DNA of 64,000 nt from the human T2T-CHM13v2.0 reference genome, Homo sapiens: NCBI RefSeq assembly GCF_009914755.1, contig NC_060928.1; one strand, given 5' to 3'. Of the stretch, positions 1-13,840 are shown in pieces. Numbering within the stretch: position 1 is the first letter of the stretch; every line of letters starts with the position of its first letter. The notes beneath the pieces are model-generated. The model was not told where the DNA came from. It saw nothing but the letters and a program-made list of their open reading frames with translations, and did no database searches. Both the position numbers and the translations under genes were made by a program.

Positions 1-145
1 GAGCCTTTTCCCTGAATAAACATGCTATGACATAACCATTTGTTTGTGTGTGTGTGTTTCCTGTGTGTGTATTTTTAAAAATAGGAAAGTTTTGTATTTT
101 GTTTTGATTTGGTTTAGTTTATTCTTAAAAATTCAAAACTGGGAG

Positions 146-771
<626 letters not shown>

Positions 772-1166
772 CTGTGCAATGGTATCTTAAGTCCTACATC
801 CTAGTTCAAATAAGATGTTGTGGCGTATCCTAGGAATTTATTGAAATGTTGTTTTAGTGGTAAATTTTTTTCTTAAATTGAAACAATTCATTAACAAACT
901 GTGAAACTCAATCCATTTCTAATCTGGATAATACGAATTATTAGTAAGAATTGTTTCTGTCCACTACTTAAAAATCTTTAGGTTAAATGATGTCTTCTGG
1001 CCTTTGAAAAATGCCGTTTTTCATGTCCTTGACTGTTTGAGATACCTCTCCTATTGAGACTATTGCTGGCTGAATGAGTCCTGGGCTGCTAAACACTTGC
1101 GTTGGTCAACCCCACAAACCAAGAGGAGTCGGAGTTTTCCTCTGCCTTTGTCTGCTGCTTCATTGC

Positions 1167-1196
1167 TCAAGGTCATCTTTAATGGAATGACCTTGA
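1167..1196. promoter_or_regulatory. Inverted pair of perfect TCAAGGTCA (ERR/NR5A consensus) sites; candidate enhancer core
   Basis: TCAAGGTCAT-ctttaatgga-ATGACCTTGA; motif evidence only, no functional data. Confidence 0.4.
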
Positions 1197-4049
1197 TATT
1201 TGGGAATAGGTTTTGAGAAACATGCACTCTGCTCTGATACCTAAAATGATATTATTAGCATAATCACTGTATACTTTCTGATTCAACGTAAAACAGTAAT
1301 AGCAATCACACTTCATCATGATCAGGAATATCTTCAGTTGGAAAATACATGCTTACAATTGCAGGCTCTTCATGATTACAGAATCTCACCTTGATTGGAT
1401 ACAATGTGATTATTAGGCAATTTCTGTGTGACAGTCCCTCACTCACCAACTTTTACTGCTGAGAATTGATGATTTACCAATACTTTGTATCCTCATGATC
1501 TTGTATATCATATACTATCCATTATTTTATCTTTATCTTATGGTTTTATAATAATTTAACTTCACTTCCATGTATAAGGTTAGCATGAATTCTCAGGAGT
1601 TAATAGAACGTGATCTTGTTCTGTTTGGATTCATCCCTATTTATGGTAACTGTATTCCAGAACTTATTTTTGCTCTTTATGGAAAAATGGCTGAATCTCA
1701 ACTCGACAGTACTGTGACCTGGAGATTTTATTTCTCATATTAATTTATACAGGCATAGGTAAATTGAATTTTTTTGAATTTGCAAAAAAAAAAAAATGAT
1801 GGGAGAGTCTTTATTGGAATCATGAAGGAAATAACTTGATTTCCACTGCTTGATACTTGATTCTCTGGGAGTGAAATAACTTTTGTTGAGCAACTGTAAT
1901 TAGAGATCAGTGATCTGAAAAAGCTAATTACCCAATATCAATGTTGATGGTATTCTGAAAGTTTGGTTCATATCAGTCTCAGAGTGTTTATGTCATATCA
2001 ATATTTTTATTAGATCAAGTTTATAAGACTCAAATATCTCATAATTTCATAGTTGGCAAATGCAATGTAAAGCTGGAATTTATTTTAATTACAATTCTCT
2101 TCCTACATGTTAAAATTATTTCAACCTTTAGCAGCATACAATTATTACAGAATAGATCATTTTTAATGATTCATTATGTATGAGGTCATTTGACAATGCA
2201 ATTAGCTTTGTGATGAAAATTTCTATTCTTTTGATCATTCTGTACCTGTAATGAATGAGGGGCATTTTACTTCTAATTTCCTGAAATTAGAAGATTAAAG
2301 ATAGAAACAGACTTGTGTATTTAAATGAGACACAAAATGACTACATTGCATTAGTCCTTTAGCTGTGCACCCTGGAACTGAAAACTTTGTGGTGTTACTT
2401 CTTTTTCTCATTATTAATTCAGCAGATCCATTGGTACTGTGCTATCTGCTTCTATTATCGCCAAAATTTTCAAAGTGTGCTTTTGACTGTGATCATGAGA
2501 TTAAAGAATAGGTCTAGCAAGTTCTCAGGAATGACACGCATCAGCACATTGTGCATAAGACTGAGAAATGAAGCCAAAAAAAAAAGCTAGAACAGAATTT
2601 CTGAAACCCTGTATAAATGTTGCAATGTGCAGTAGAAACTATTTTTTGGTTTTTTTGCTATTTTTTCATTTGTTTGTTTTACTTTCTTTGGCCAGATATT
2701 TACTATATATCCAATTAGGCCATATTGTGTTATTTCCAAGCTCTTTGTTGCATTGTAGTTAATCACTGAGACATTGTATTTCCCATTTAAAATGAATTTC
2801 AAACCAAGGACAACTTTTATAGTCAATGAAATTTATATAAGCTATTATTCCTCATCTAGTAAATACAAAAGGAAATTCAATTGATGTGAAAAAAAGATAA
2901 AATGAGTTCTAGATCTATTAAGATGTGGTTAAGGATGGAAACATAGCTGAGGCACATCATATATGTCATTGTGATTTAAACTGATACTCTCAAGTTACTT
3001 GCGGCTTTTGGCTCATCACAAGAAAACATAATTATATATTGGACAGAATGATGGTTTATCCTTAGAAATTTTAAGGCTAGGTTTGTTTGTGCATAAAGTT
3101 TTATTGTCATTTTGCTGATTTTTTCCAAAAACAGAAGATGTCCAATGAAATATTTTTAATTCATTTGATATCAAAGGTATATAAAAATAATTTTCACAAT
3201 CAGAAAAGTATAAAACAGAAGTATTTTTCTCTTCATAAGCAAACATATCATTTCTCTATGATTAATGCATCTTTTAAATGTAGATTATTGTTAGTGTGAC
3301 TGTTTTTACCTTGGAAAATAGGATAAATGAAAAATGAAACTCTCTTAATAAGGTATAGTCAACTTCTTATTAAAACTGATTATAAAGGGAATTAATAAAT
3401 GGAAAACTTCAAAGTTGATAACATGGGATTTAAAAATCTTTGCACTATGAAATGTTTGACCTCACATATAACTGCATCTGACATTTTGGAATTCTCAGTG
3501 AAGCAACCCTGGGACATTGGTTTTTGGCCTGGATTTCTACACCTGCCCTAATCTCTATGACTTTTGTAACCAGAACTGTATATGGAAAAATACATCAAGA
3601 GATTTCTGTACCTGGATAAGTCAGCACAGAGGAATTATTTTTCACTCTTTATAGTTTTTTATTGAAAGAAAAAAATATTAATCTTTTGTCCAAATGAAAA
3701 TAGAACTCTAACATTTCATGTTGTATGAAGAAATTATATATAAATTTAAATTCAATATATTGAATTATATAGACTGAATTTTGTAATTAAACTCTTAACA
3801 TTAAAATTTAATAATGCAGTATAGACTATTTTTACCCAAAGACAAACCAGAATTAAACTATATTTTATTGTAAATCAAAAGTGTAATATATATTTATAGT
3901 TAGAATAAACTACGTAAGAGACAATCTCACTCCAGATCTTGTTTTATTTCTGCATATAGTCAAAAACACAGAAACTTTCAGCAATATCTGCCTCCATTAA
4001 CCTAGTACTTAAAAAAAACAGTTGTGTAGTTAGGAATTATTACAGAAAA

Positions 4050-5362
4050 CATACTTATATAGGTCCTAAGCTGCCATAACAAAGTACCACAAACGAGGTC
4101 TTAACAAAAAATTATTGTCTAACAGTCCTGGACACTGGATGTTGGAAATCAAGGTATGGGCAGGACCATGTTTTCCCTGATGGCTCTAGGAAAGAATCTT
4201 TTGCTTCTTCCTAGCTTCTGATGGCTTCTGTGATCCTTGGTGTTCTCTGGCTTATAGCTGTGTCACTCCAATCTCTGCCTCTTTCAGGAGCCTTCTTACC
4301 TGTATGTGTGTCTCTGCATGTCCACTTATTTTACTTTTTTTGCAACTTCAAATTTGTTTCCCTTTTTTTTATTACCAAGTTTTAATTTTAGAAGTACATG
4401 TGCAGGATGTGGAGGTTTGTAACATAGTTAAACATGTGCCATGGTGATTAGCTGCATAGATCATCCCATCACCTAGATGTTAAGCCCAGCATCCATTAAC
4501 TATTCTTCCTGATGCTCTCCCTCCTCCCACTCCCCACCCTCTGGGACAGGCCCCAATGTTGTTCTCCACCATGTGTTGATGTGTTCTCATCATTCAGATC
4601 CCACTTATGAGTGAGAACATGCTGTATTTGATTTTCTGTACCCGCATTAGTTTGCTGAGGATAATGGCTTCCAGCTCCATGCATGTCACTGCAAAGGACA
4701 TAATCTCATTCCTTTTTATGGCTGCATAGTATTCCATGGTATACATGTACCACATTTTCTTTATCCAGACTATCACTGATAAGCATTTAGGTTGATTTCA
4801 TGTCTTTGCTATTGTGAATAGTGCTGCAGTGAACCTACGTGTGTAGGTATCTTTATAACAGAATGATTTATATTTCTTTGGGTATATACTCAGTATGGGA
4901 TTGCTGGGTCAAATGGTATTTCTGCCTCTAGATCTTTGAGGAATCCCCACACTGTCTTCCACAGTGCTTGAACTAATTTACACTCCCACCAACAGTGTAA
5001 AATGGTTCCTTTTTCTTCACAACCTCTCCAGCATCTGCTGGTTTTTGACTCTTCAGTAATAGCCATTCTGCTTTTGTGTGAGATGATATCTCATCGTGGT
5101 TTTGATTTGCATTTCTATAATGATCAATGATGTTGAGATTTTTTTTCATATGTTTGTTGGCCGCATGTGAGCAAAGAATATCCAACCGATTTCTTATGAA
5201 TAAATGAGTCATTGGGTTTAGGGCTCACCCTAATCCACAATGAACTTACATTAACTCAATTAGACATGCCAAGATCTTATGTCTAAAAAAGGTCACATTC
5301 ATAGGTGCTGAGGGGTAGAACAGGGACAGATCTTTTTGGGGCACAGAACTCAATCCACTATA
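4050..5362 (-). mobile_element. MaLR solo LTR (MLT1B/C-like) split by an L1 insertion
   Basis: GCTGCCATAACAAAGTACCACAAAC...GGCTCTAGG...CTCCAATCTCTGCCTC at 4050-4325; continuation TAGGGCTCACCCTAATCCA...AAGGTCACATTC at ~5180-5362. Confidence 0.8.
4330..5167 (-). mobile_element. 5'-truncated L1PA (older primate, ~L1PA8-13) 3' end
   Basis: Antisense L1 3'UTR with T-rich tail; ORFs 4594-4776 (MEYYAAIKRNE) and 4973-5212 match the ORF2 C-terminus. Confidence 0.92.
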
Positions 5363-8300
5363 TCACCCTATTCAGAGACTCATGAGTGACATTTTGAGTA
5401 ACTTGTGGATCTGTTGCTCCAATGGATCTCCTTCAATGAAGTGGCAAATTCTAGGCTCCAGGGCACTTTCTCTCTCTGCTTTGTCTACCTCTTCCTGTTG
5501 CCAGATTATAGGTGATCGGGACACCATTAAGTCTTCCATCACTCATTCTCCATAACAGACCTCCCCTTGCCTGCTTACATCTGCTGCCTATTAATTTCCC
5601 GCAGCTCCAGACTGCCTGAATCTGTAACTTAAAAGCCAGGCCAGTTCTGTGAGAGGTAGTTAGTGACCCCTGGCTTTCTCTTTTTCATTTTCACACTCTC
5701 ACAAGATTGACAGACAGTTAGATAGGACTATCATTCTTCTACATATACACACCAGGAGACACACCTTTCTGATGGAGACATTGAGGAATTACTGTTTGTA
5801 GAGATAAAATACATGCAACAATTTGAAAAAAAACACTCACAATAAAGAGAAAATAGAGAAAAATCAACATTTTCATAGAGAAAAAAATCAACATTCGAAA
5901 TGTAAAGTTTTGCAATATTTTCTGTGCAACATTTTCTGATACTCTTGGTGTATAATATTAATCATTAAAGCAGTACAGTACTCATAAATGTCCTTAAGGA
6001 AAGGGATCTCTGAATATATGTATACCCAATACTTGCTAATTTGAGATAATTAACAAAATATTTTCACAAATACCCAAATATATAAATGTGCCCTGTAAAT
6101 CAAAGCAAAGAATTTTTAATAAAACCTGCAAATGTCTTTTTGCATTTCTATAATTGCCTATAACTGGCTTGTAAAAGTTGTACGACCTTACTTCATTCAG
6201 CTCCTCTGAAAACTTGTTTCATTCTAGTGTCTAATGATTACATACTCATTTTCTTTTAGAAATATATGTCTGCGCTCACACACGTACACACAAATGGTAA
6301 GATTGCTTTCAATAATTTGGCTTTTATATTTCAGCCTATTTCTTAACTAAAATTATATTCACAGGCCTAGATATAACTTTTAATAATTAAACTGATTATA
6401 CCTTACTCCAAAAGCAAATGCTATTACATATAATAAAGACATTTTCTTCAATCAAAACAATGAATATGTTAGCTAAAAAATGTAGAAAATAGGATTCATT
6501 GTGTTTTTATTTCTTTCTATTTTCAATTTGTTGTTTTACTCTTTATTAGTTTTCCTAAAGCAGGGGGTGCTTGAGCCTTCGTTTCATACAAAGACCACTC
6601 AGTACTGAAATAATAATATTTTAAAATCTGTATTAAGCTTATTCTTTTTGGTCAGTGATCTCTTTTTGAATCCTTTTCCAAATGCAGTCACAAAGAGTAT
6701 AATTAGATGAGCAACTATAAACCTTTAAGCAAACATCACTTTTTGATGAGCTGGAGAAAAATTACCATGTGCTGATAACTCTTTGGAGAATGAAGAATTA
6801 ATGAATTGACTTTGTTTTACATTCTCTTTAAAGTTTCCTAAATACTATCTTGTGTTATATTATTTGTAAAGCACCTTTATTTTTACAATACATGATAAAT
6901 AATTGTTAAAGAAAAGATGCACTTATATGTGAAAACCTAAGTTTGCAGTTTTTTTAAGAAGGTTTTGAAAAAAAAAGCACAATGGAAAAAGTTTACCATG
7001 CTCCTTCTTGAAAAAGATAAGGATTTGTTAAAACCTCAATAAAAATAAAATCTACCTGATCCTTTGCTCAACTTGTTATACAATGTTAGCAGTACTGTTA
7101 TATAGTCCACAACTACCATATAAATAGTAGCTCGTTTAAAAAATAATAATAGTGAAGTAAACTTCTAGAGAATCAATTTACCAAAAAAGAAATGCTTTTG
7201 TGCTGAATAATAAATCATAGCCATTCATGATCTCCTGATTAACCATTTGTGTATGGCTCTAATGACATAGACAAATGACTTGAAGTTACGGTCTGTAGAT
7301 TTTGTATCCCAAAGCTACAACAATGTTGAGTATCCTTGAAACAGATTGAATACGGATAACAATGCAAAGCAAAACAAATAAGGCTGAATCCTATGTGCCA
7401 TTATTATAAAACCATCAATCAGTGGTCAGATGCAGTGTGTTCTCTTAGTTAACAAGAAGTTTTCTGTTTTTGCGATATGCATTCTCTCAAAAAAGGTCTT
7501 CACCTGGGGAGGACTAGGAGCGTATCTATTTTAATAAAGAGAGCATCCAGATTTGATATCAAAACTACTGACAGATCTCTTTGCTTGAAATGCTCGACAT
7601 GGGTTGGCTATTCAATTATGAACGCTGTTAAGAGGAAGTACTCCAAGTGGAATTCCCTGCCGTTTGGTTGAAACAGCAGAAGTTCTGATAAAACATTAAT
7701 AATATGCCCTTGGCTATCTCAACTACTTTGCCCCTAGATGCTGGCAGCCTGGGCAGTGCGTGCGTGTTCACTTTGATTATTGCATTTGGCTTTACTTCCT
7801 GTTTCTCACATTTTGAGCATTTCCGATGAGCATTCTGTTTTATTGGTGAGAAAGGATACAGCAGGAAATATGGCTGAATGGCGTCCAATGGGAAAGCATG
7901 AGAAAATTTCATTAAAAAAGAGAGAACAAGAGGAAAGGAAAGAGCCTGAGTATGCTATGCCTACTTTTAAAATAAAGAGAGCTCATTTTGCCTCCTATGG
8001 AAACACAAGGCTGGACAAAGCATGGAGGAGAAAGTCTGAAAACAGAGGAGTCACCTTACCTAATAATTTTTAATAGAGGTGTTCTAATTATTACAGCTTT
8101 ACCCAGATCAGACAAGATGCGGAGATGATAACCACAGTGGAAACGTGGTTGGTAAGCACGTCAAAGCGTGGGCTGGTGTGGGAGGCTGCCCTATGTCGCC
8201 TCTGCCCGTGAGCAGTGGTGACTTCGCTTAGATGCCTGATGCCTCAGGCTTCCAGTCCTGGTTCCTTGTGTAAAAGCCCCCAGTGGATATGTCATACTGA

Positions 8301-8670
8301 ATTCCTAGGGAACGAAAGTCTCACATTACACACATTCAGCTGGTAACAAAGAAGAAAAATATATGTGTTTTTGAGGAGGAAGAAATATGCGCTAGAAATT
8401 TGCTAATTTTCACATTGGCAAACTGCAAAGACAGACTTCAAAATGAAAATGAGTCCTGTGGATTTTTAAATATAAGTGCAAATTAGGCAAGTGCTACTAG
8501 TTCTGTCATGTATGAGGATAAAACAGGGCATTCAGCTCTCCACTGCATAAGGGATAAGAAATAATGTATGTAATATATGGTTTATGCTGACGTTAACGTA
8601 TAAACTTGTTTCTCTTTAACTTTTTCCTTTGTAATAAGCAGGTACTTAATTTTGGAGCTGGTTGTGTTCA

Positions 8671-9100
<430 letters not shown>

Positions 9101-9414
9101 TGAAGTTTTCTAACCTTTCAATATAAGCTTGCTTTTGCAAAGGAGATACTTTTTTGAGAGTTGAAATTGCTTTTCTTTTATGCCAAAGCATAGGAGATTG
9201 TTGATAGTTTTGCCAGTTAAGGGAAGCATTTAATACTTCTGTTAAAATATATTTTAGAAATGAGATAGATATGAAATAAATGCTCTTGACAACTATCTAT
9301 TTGATAGTAGATAGAAGTAAAAATATAAAGGGAGAATTATTGCTTTTGTAAGAATTATTGCCCCTATAAAGAAAGCTGGGAAAATGCCTCTTTCAATCAC
9401 AGGGATTTTAAAAA

Positions 9415-9960
9415 TTCATTTATTCAATTATTTGATAAATGTTTGTTGAGTGCCTACTCTGTGCAAATAGTACTAAATGCTGAAGATGTAGAAATGAACT
9501 AATAAGATCCATTACATTCTGTTTGAAGACACAGATGTTAAATGCCTAACTGCAAATTCAGTGATTTTAATTGCTGTGCATGTTGTGAAAGAGAAGCACG
9601 GGGTAGAGAATGTACAGGGGTCTGAGAAGGCTTCCTTGATACCTTTTGAACAGAGCACTGAAAGGTATGCAGAAATTATCTGAGCAAGTTTGGGAAGAAG
9701 GAGAGCAGAGCTTTCCAGGCAAGGGGACCTGCATGTGCAGGGCCCTCAGGCTAGGAGGAGCTGACACTTTTTAAAAAACGAAAGAAGAGATGTGGAGCAA
9801 AAAGCATCACACAGACTGGGAATGGCCCACAGGATGGTGCAGGGCTTTAGTGCCATGTCAAAGATTTGTTTTTTCCTCTTTTTTTTTTTTGCTGCAAAAA
9901 AAGAGAAGCCACTGACGTATTTTAAACATAGCATAAGCAACTGGAAGATCTTAGTATCAT
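9415..9960 (-). mobile_element. L2 3' fragment
   Basis: ATTCATTTATTCAA...TTTGTTGAGTGCCTACTCTGTGC and TTCCAGGCAAGGGGACCTGCATGTGCAGGGCCCT are typical antisense L2 sequence. Confidence 0.8.
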
Positions 9961-10484
9961 GTCGTACAATTTTATAGCTAAAATAACTGAGGCCTATAAA
10001 AGGAGAAATGTTATTCCCAAATCCCCAGTGGAATTTAGTATGGAAGGTGGAAATATTTTCTCTAAACTCCTCAGAAACATTTTAGTGGAGGGTGATATTT
10101 ACAGGTTAAGAGGCCCTGGCATTCTTTCCTGCACAAGTTAAGTTAAACTGGGAGAAGGGATGGAAACATACCATACTACATTTATAGAACAGCCGTTGTA
10201 ATAATTGATGGGGAATTAATAATAACTGATAATATAATAAAATGATAAGATCAAATAATTCTCTGTATTAAGTTAATACTTTATATATATTAGTTTTTGA
10301 AATCCACCTGTAAAGGGATATATATTTTCCCTGCCTCCTATTTCCCATCATGTTCACTCCACACATTTTCAAACATAAATTATCTCATTTATGAGTGATA
10401 TAAAAACCATAGTTGAGTCACCTAATTTTACCGTTTAAGAAATACTGGAATCTGGACTAAGAAGTAGATTGTGTCCTTGGGTGA

Positions 10485-11230
10485 GGGTACTGGCTCTGAA
10501 TCCTGACTCTCTTGTTTTAAAATATGCTCTATATATCCTGTATTTTGGACTTTGGCAAAGTTAGTTAACCTCTCTATTCTTCATTAGCTATATATACATA
10601 CATTAGACACGCACATACATACAGATATTCATATATATGTATATATTCTCTGATGTTATCATCAAAGGATATATATCTGTATTTCTTATATATTTATGTA
10701 TAAATGTATTTGTACATTTATAAATTTATTTTCATATTTATATTTATAAATAAGATATATATCTATATGCATGTTTTAATTTACTTCATTAATTATTTTA
10801 ATCCTTGAAAGTACACTTTCTCTTTATAAATACAGGTATACATACCTACACACACATATGTACACATACACATATATACACAAACATCTAGATTTTTGTT
10901 TTATCATATATATGTATATATGTACATATGTGTGTGCATATATGTATACCTGTATTTATAAAGAGAAAGTGTACTTTCAAGGATTAAAATAATTAATGAA
11001 GTAAATTAATTAAACTTGGCTGTTAAAGATACTGGAGAATGGAAAGACGTAAACAGGTACATGGATATATGTGCATGTGTATATATGTGTGTATATGTAT
11101 GTATAACTGTATAAAGAGAGAGAAAGCATACTTTGAAAAATTAAAATAATTAATGAAGTAAATTAATAAAATAATAAAATTACTTAGTATATTTCCTGGC
11201 ATATAGTAAGTACATGATAAATATTAACTG
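10485..11230 (+). mobile_element. MIR split by an AT-rich microsatellite/palindrome expansion
   Basis: 5' part CTGAATCCTGACTCT...CTTTGGCAAAGTTAGTTAACCTCTCT (10485-10590); 3' part CTTAGTATATTTCCTGGCATATAGTAAGTACATGATAAATATTA (11140-11230). Confidence 0.65.
10776..11009. repeat. Long AT-rich inverted repeat (perfect 69-bp outer arms)
   Basis: 10776-10844 is the exact reverse complement of 10941-11009; the interior is imperfectly self-complementary around TCTAGA at 10888-10893. Confidence 0.95.
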
Positions 11231-13729
11231 GTATATGTCATACTTTTAGACAAGACCAACTTTGAAGATAGAGATTAACATATACAGAGATAGAGATTAC
11301 CATCCATCTAACATGTAGATATAAATTTACATCAATAATCAACCTGGCCCCACAAACCCTTGATCTTGAAACTCAAACTCTCCATCTTGAAACTGCCATC
11401 TTACTTGGCCATTGAGGAATAGAGTGAGTTCCTTCACTGTAGATGTGGTAAGAAACTCTTTCTTTAGCCAAGATAATTGAAATTTATCATAACTAATTTA
11501 GGTTATGAGATGAATAGAAAATGTACAGACTGTATTCTTACAACATACATATAAACACCCAGACATGAAGAGTTTTTCAAAATAAAAATGGCTGATCCTT
11601 ATTTTAGCTACCGCATAACAAAATATTGGCTTGAGCAATAATAACTGATGTGACACCCAACACAAGTGGATCTTTCTCTGCCCTTTAAAGTTGGCTATTA
11701 AAGATACTGGAGAATGGAAAGACGTAGACAGACAGACAGACCAACAGACAGAGATGGAAATTCTCACACTTCTTATCAAAGCAAATTTTGATCAATACCA
11801 TTGTCAAACCAGTTGAAAGAATTAGACAATCACAAAATCTGCTTCCCAGGTCTCTTCATCTACTTGGGTCATTACGGTCATCTTCGTCATCTTTTATGAT
11901 GCACTCTGATCTGCAAGGCAGATGCCCTGACCGTCCGACCCATGGCTCACTTACGCACACAGGTTCTCAGATTGATAGAGAAGAAAAGCATTTGCTAGAA
12001 TGACACACAAGATTTTTGCTCTCATCTTCACCTTTATAAACTTTATAAAGTCACCTTTATGACTCGGCTTCTGAAATTAACTTGTATAATTTAGTAGGAA
12101 AATAGGTTGCTTTTACGTTGCCTTTACAAGTGAAACAGTCAAGACCATTGGCCATGAAACAGTACTTCTTCAGCCATAATTTCCTAGTCTTTCCTCAAAA
12201 ACACACTTACTTGTATTTACAGTCTCCAAGTGTCTGCTTCTACAATGTTCCACAGCTGAAATTTGCACCTTGCCTTGCCCCTGTCTCTCTCATACAATTC
12301 TTTCCATATTTTAGTAAAAGGTTACCTTCCAGTAAAACTTTACCTCCACCAAATTCCAAATAATATCACCATACTCTGAGTTATTGAAGACATGTCTCTC
12401 TGCATTTCTGATTTATTTAGATTATACTATTAAATTAACATTTCATAGGTAGGTTTTGTTTCTTCACTAAGTCAAACCTAATTTCCTAATTAGCCAGGAT
12501 TGTTACTTAGACTTCTTTGTATTCATAGGCATATTCAGCAGAGACTTATTTTACTTTGAAGATTATAGATTTCAAGATTACAGTTTGATTATAAATATCT
12601 AATTAATTGATCATCGGGGTATCTTCTGTTTCATCCTCTCACCTGAAAAATTGTAGAAAATGAAGCTTATTCCAAAAGTTGGTGAATCCACAGGGTTGCT
12701 TACTTTTGTTTTATCATTCAGTACCTGTATATAACTTCAACATGGAAGAGAAAGAAGGAAAAAAAGTTCTTATATTTACATATTCAGCTTATAAGAATAG
12801 GAAACTACTCTCACAAACCCCCAAAAGAGAGTTTTTCACATTTTTCATATTTAAAGTGCATGAAGTCAGTAAATTCACAAGTAAACACAGAGCTTGTTCT
12901 TTTGAGAGCAGCATCTCGGGGTTTAGTCTACCAAATCACACTACATATGCAAATGTTGTTTGAACGCAATTTAGCTGCATGCTAAGCAGTACAGAAATCT
13001 CAAGGGTCAAAGATTTGAAAATGTTTTCAGCATGAAAATCGTAGAGGCAAATGTTTGATGTACAGATGTGTGTACTAAAATAGGTTACGGTTAGATAGTT
13101 TCATCTATTTTAGTCAATCCCTTATTTGGAAGTGCTTACTGGGATTTTTTTAGAGTGTATGATTTTGGTTTCAGTTCTATGATGAATTCAAAATGGTGTT
13201 TCATAGTCAATATTAGCCCAAAATATAATGTATGTTTACTATGTGGATGGTAGGAGTTTTATAGAATTCTCTAGAAACACTAGAACAAATTCAATTTGAG
13301 TGTGCTCTCTCATGGCCCCCTCTCTTTCTCTATCTTTGATTATGTGTGTTTCTGCACTCTGTGGGGCCTGTCATAATATAAGCTTTTCTGGAGTTACATA
13401 TCTTTATTTCTCTAGTTGAGGAACATAGTTGTGCACTGAGGAACTCCATCACAAATGTTTCTGGATTATCATTAGTCTAAACTCTGACTTGTAATATGTT
13501 CTTTCACTAAAGGATTTCCCATGTGTAAAATGTAACCAAATATATAGCTTAATGATATACCATCATCGTTTGACACAGGTTTTAAAACTTTCTACTAAAT
13601 ACTAAAAAACCCCAAAACCTAAATAGAATAGAAGAGCTATCTTCAATAAATTTATTCTAAAAGAAAAATACTCAAAAAGCCAGTAATACTAAAAGTTTCT
13701 AATTATTTTTAGTGTTGAGATAATTTATT

Positions 13730-13840
13730 ATTTATTCATGCACCAACCATTTATTGAGTCCTACACATTATGGTGGGAACAGGGAACCAATAATGAACAA
13801 GATGGATATGATCCCTGCCCTGGAGAGTACAATCTAGAAA
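13730..13840 (-). mobile_element. L2 3' end fragment
   Basis: ATTTATTCATGCACCAACCATTTATTGAGTCCTAC...GATCCCTGCCCTGGAGAGTACAATCTAG. Confidence 0.65.

Noticed and set aside
6260-6296. 37-nt AG...GT segment with plausible splice sites (similar ones at 15203-15236 and 62968-63002)
   Set aside because: Short, low-complexity or weak sites; pseudo-exons of this quality are expected by chance in 64 kb.
7780-8073. 97-aa charged ORF
   Set aside because: Non-ATG start, no recognisable homology, explained by purine-rich composition.
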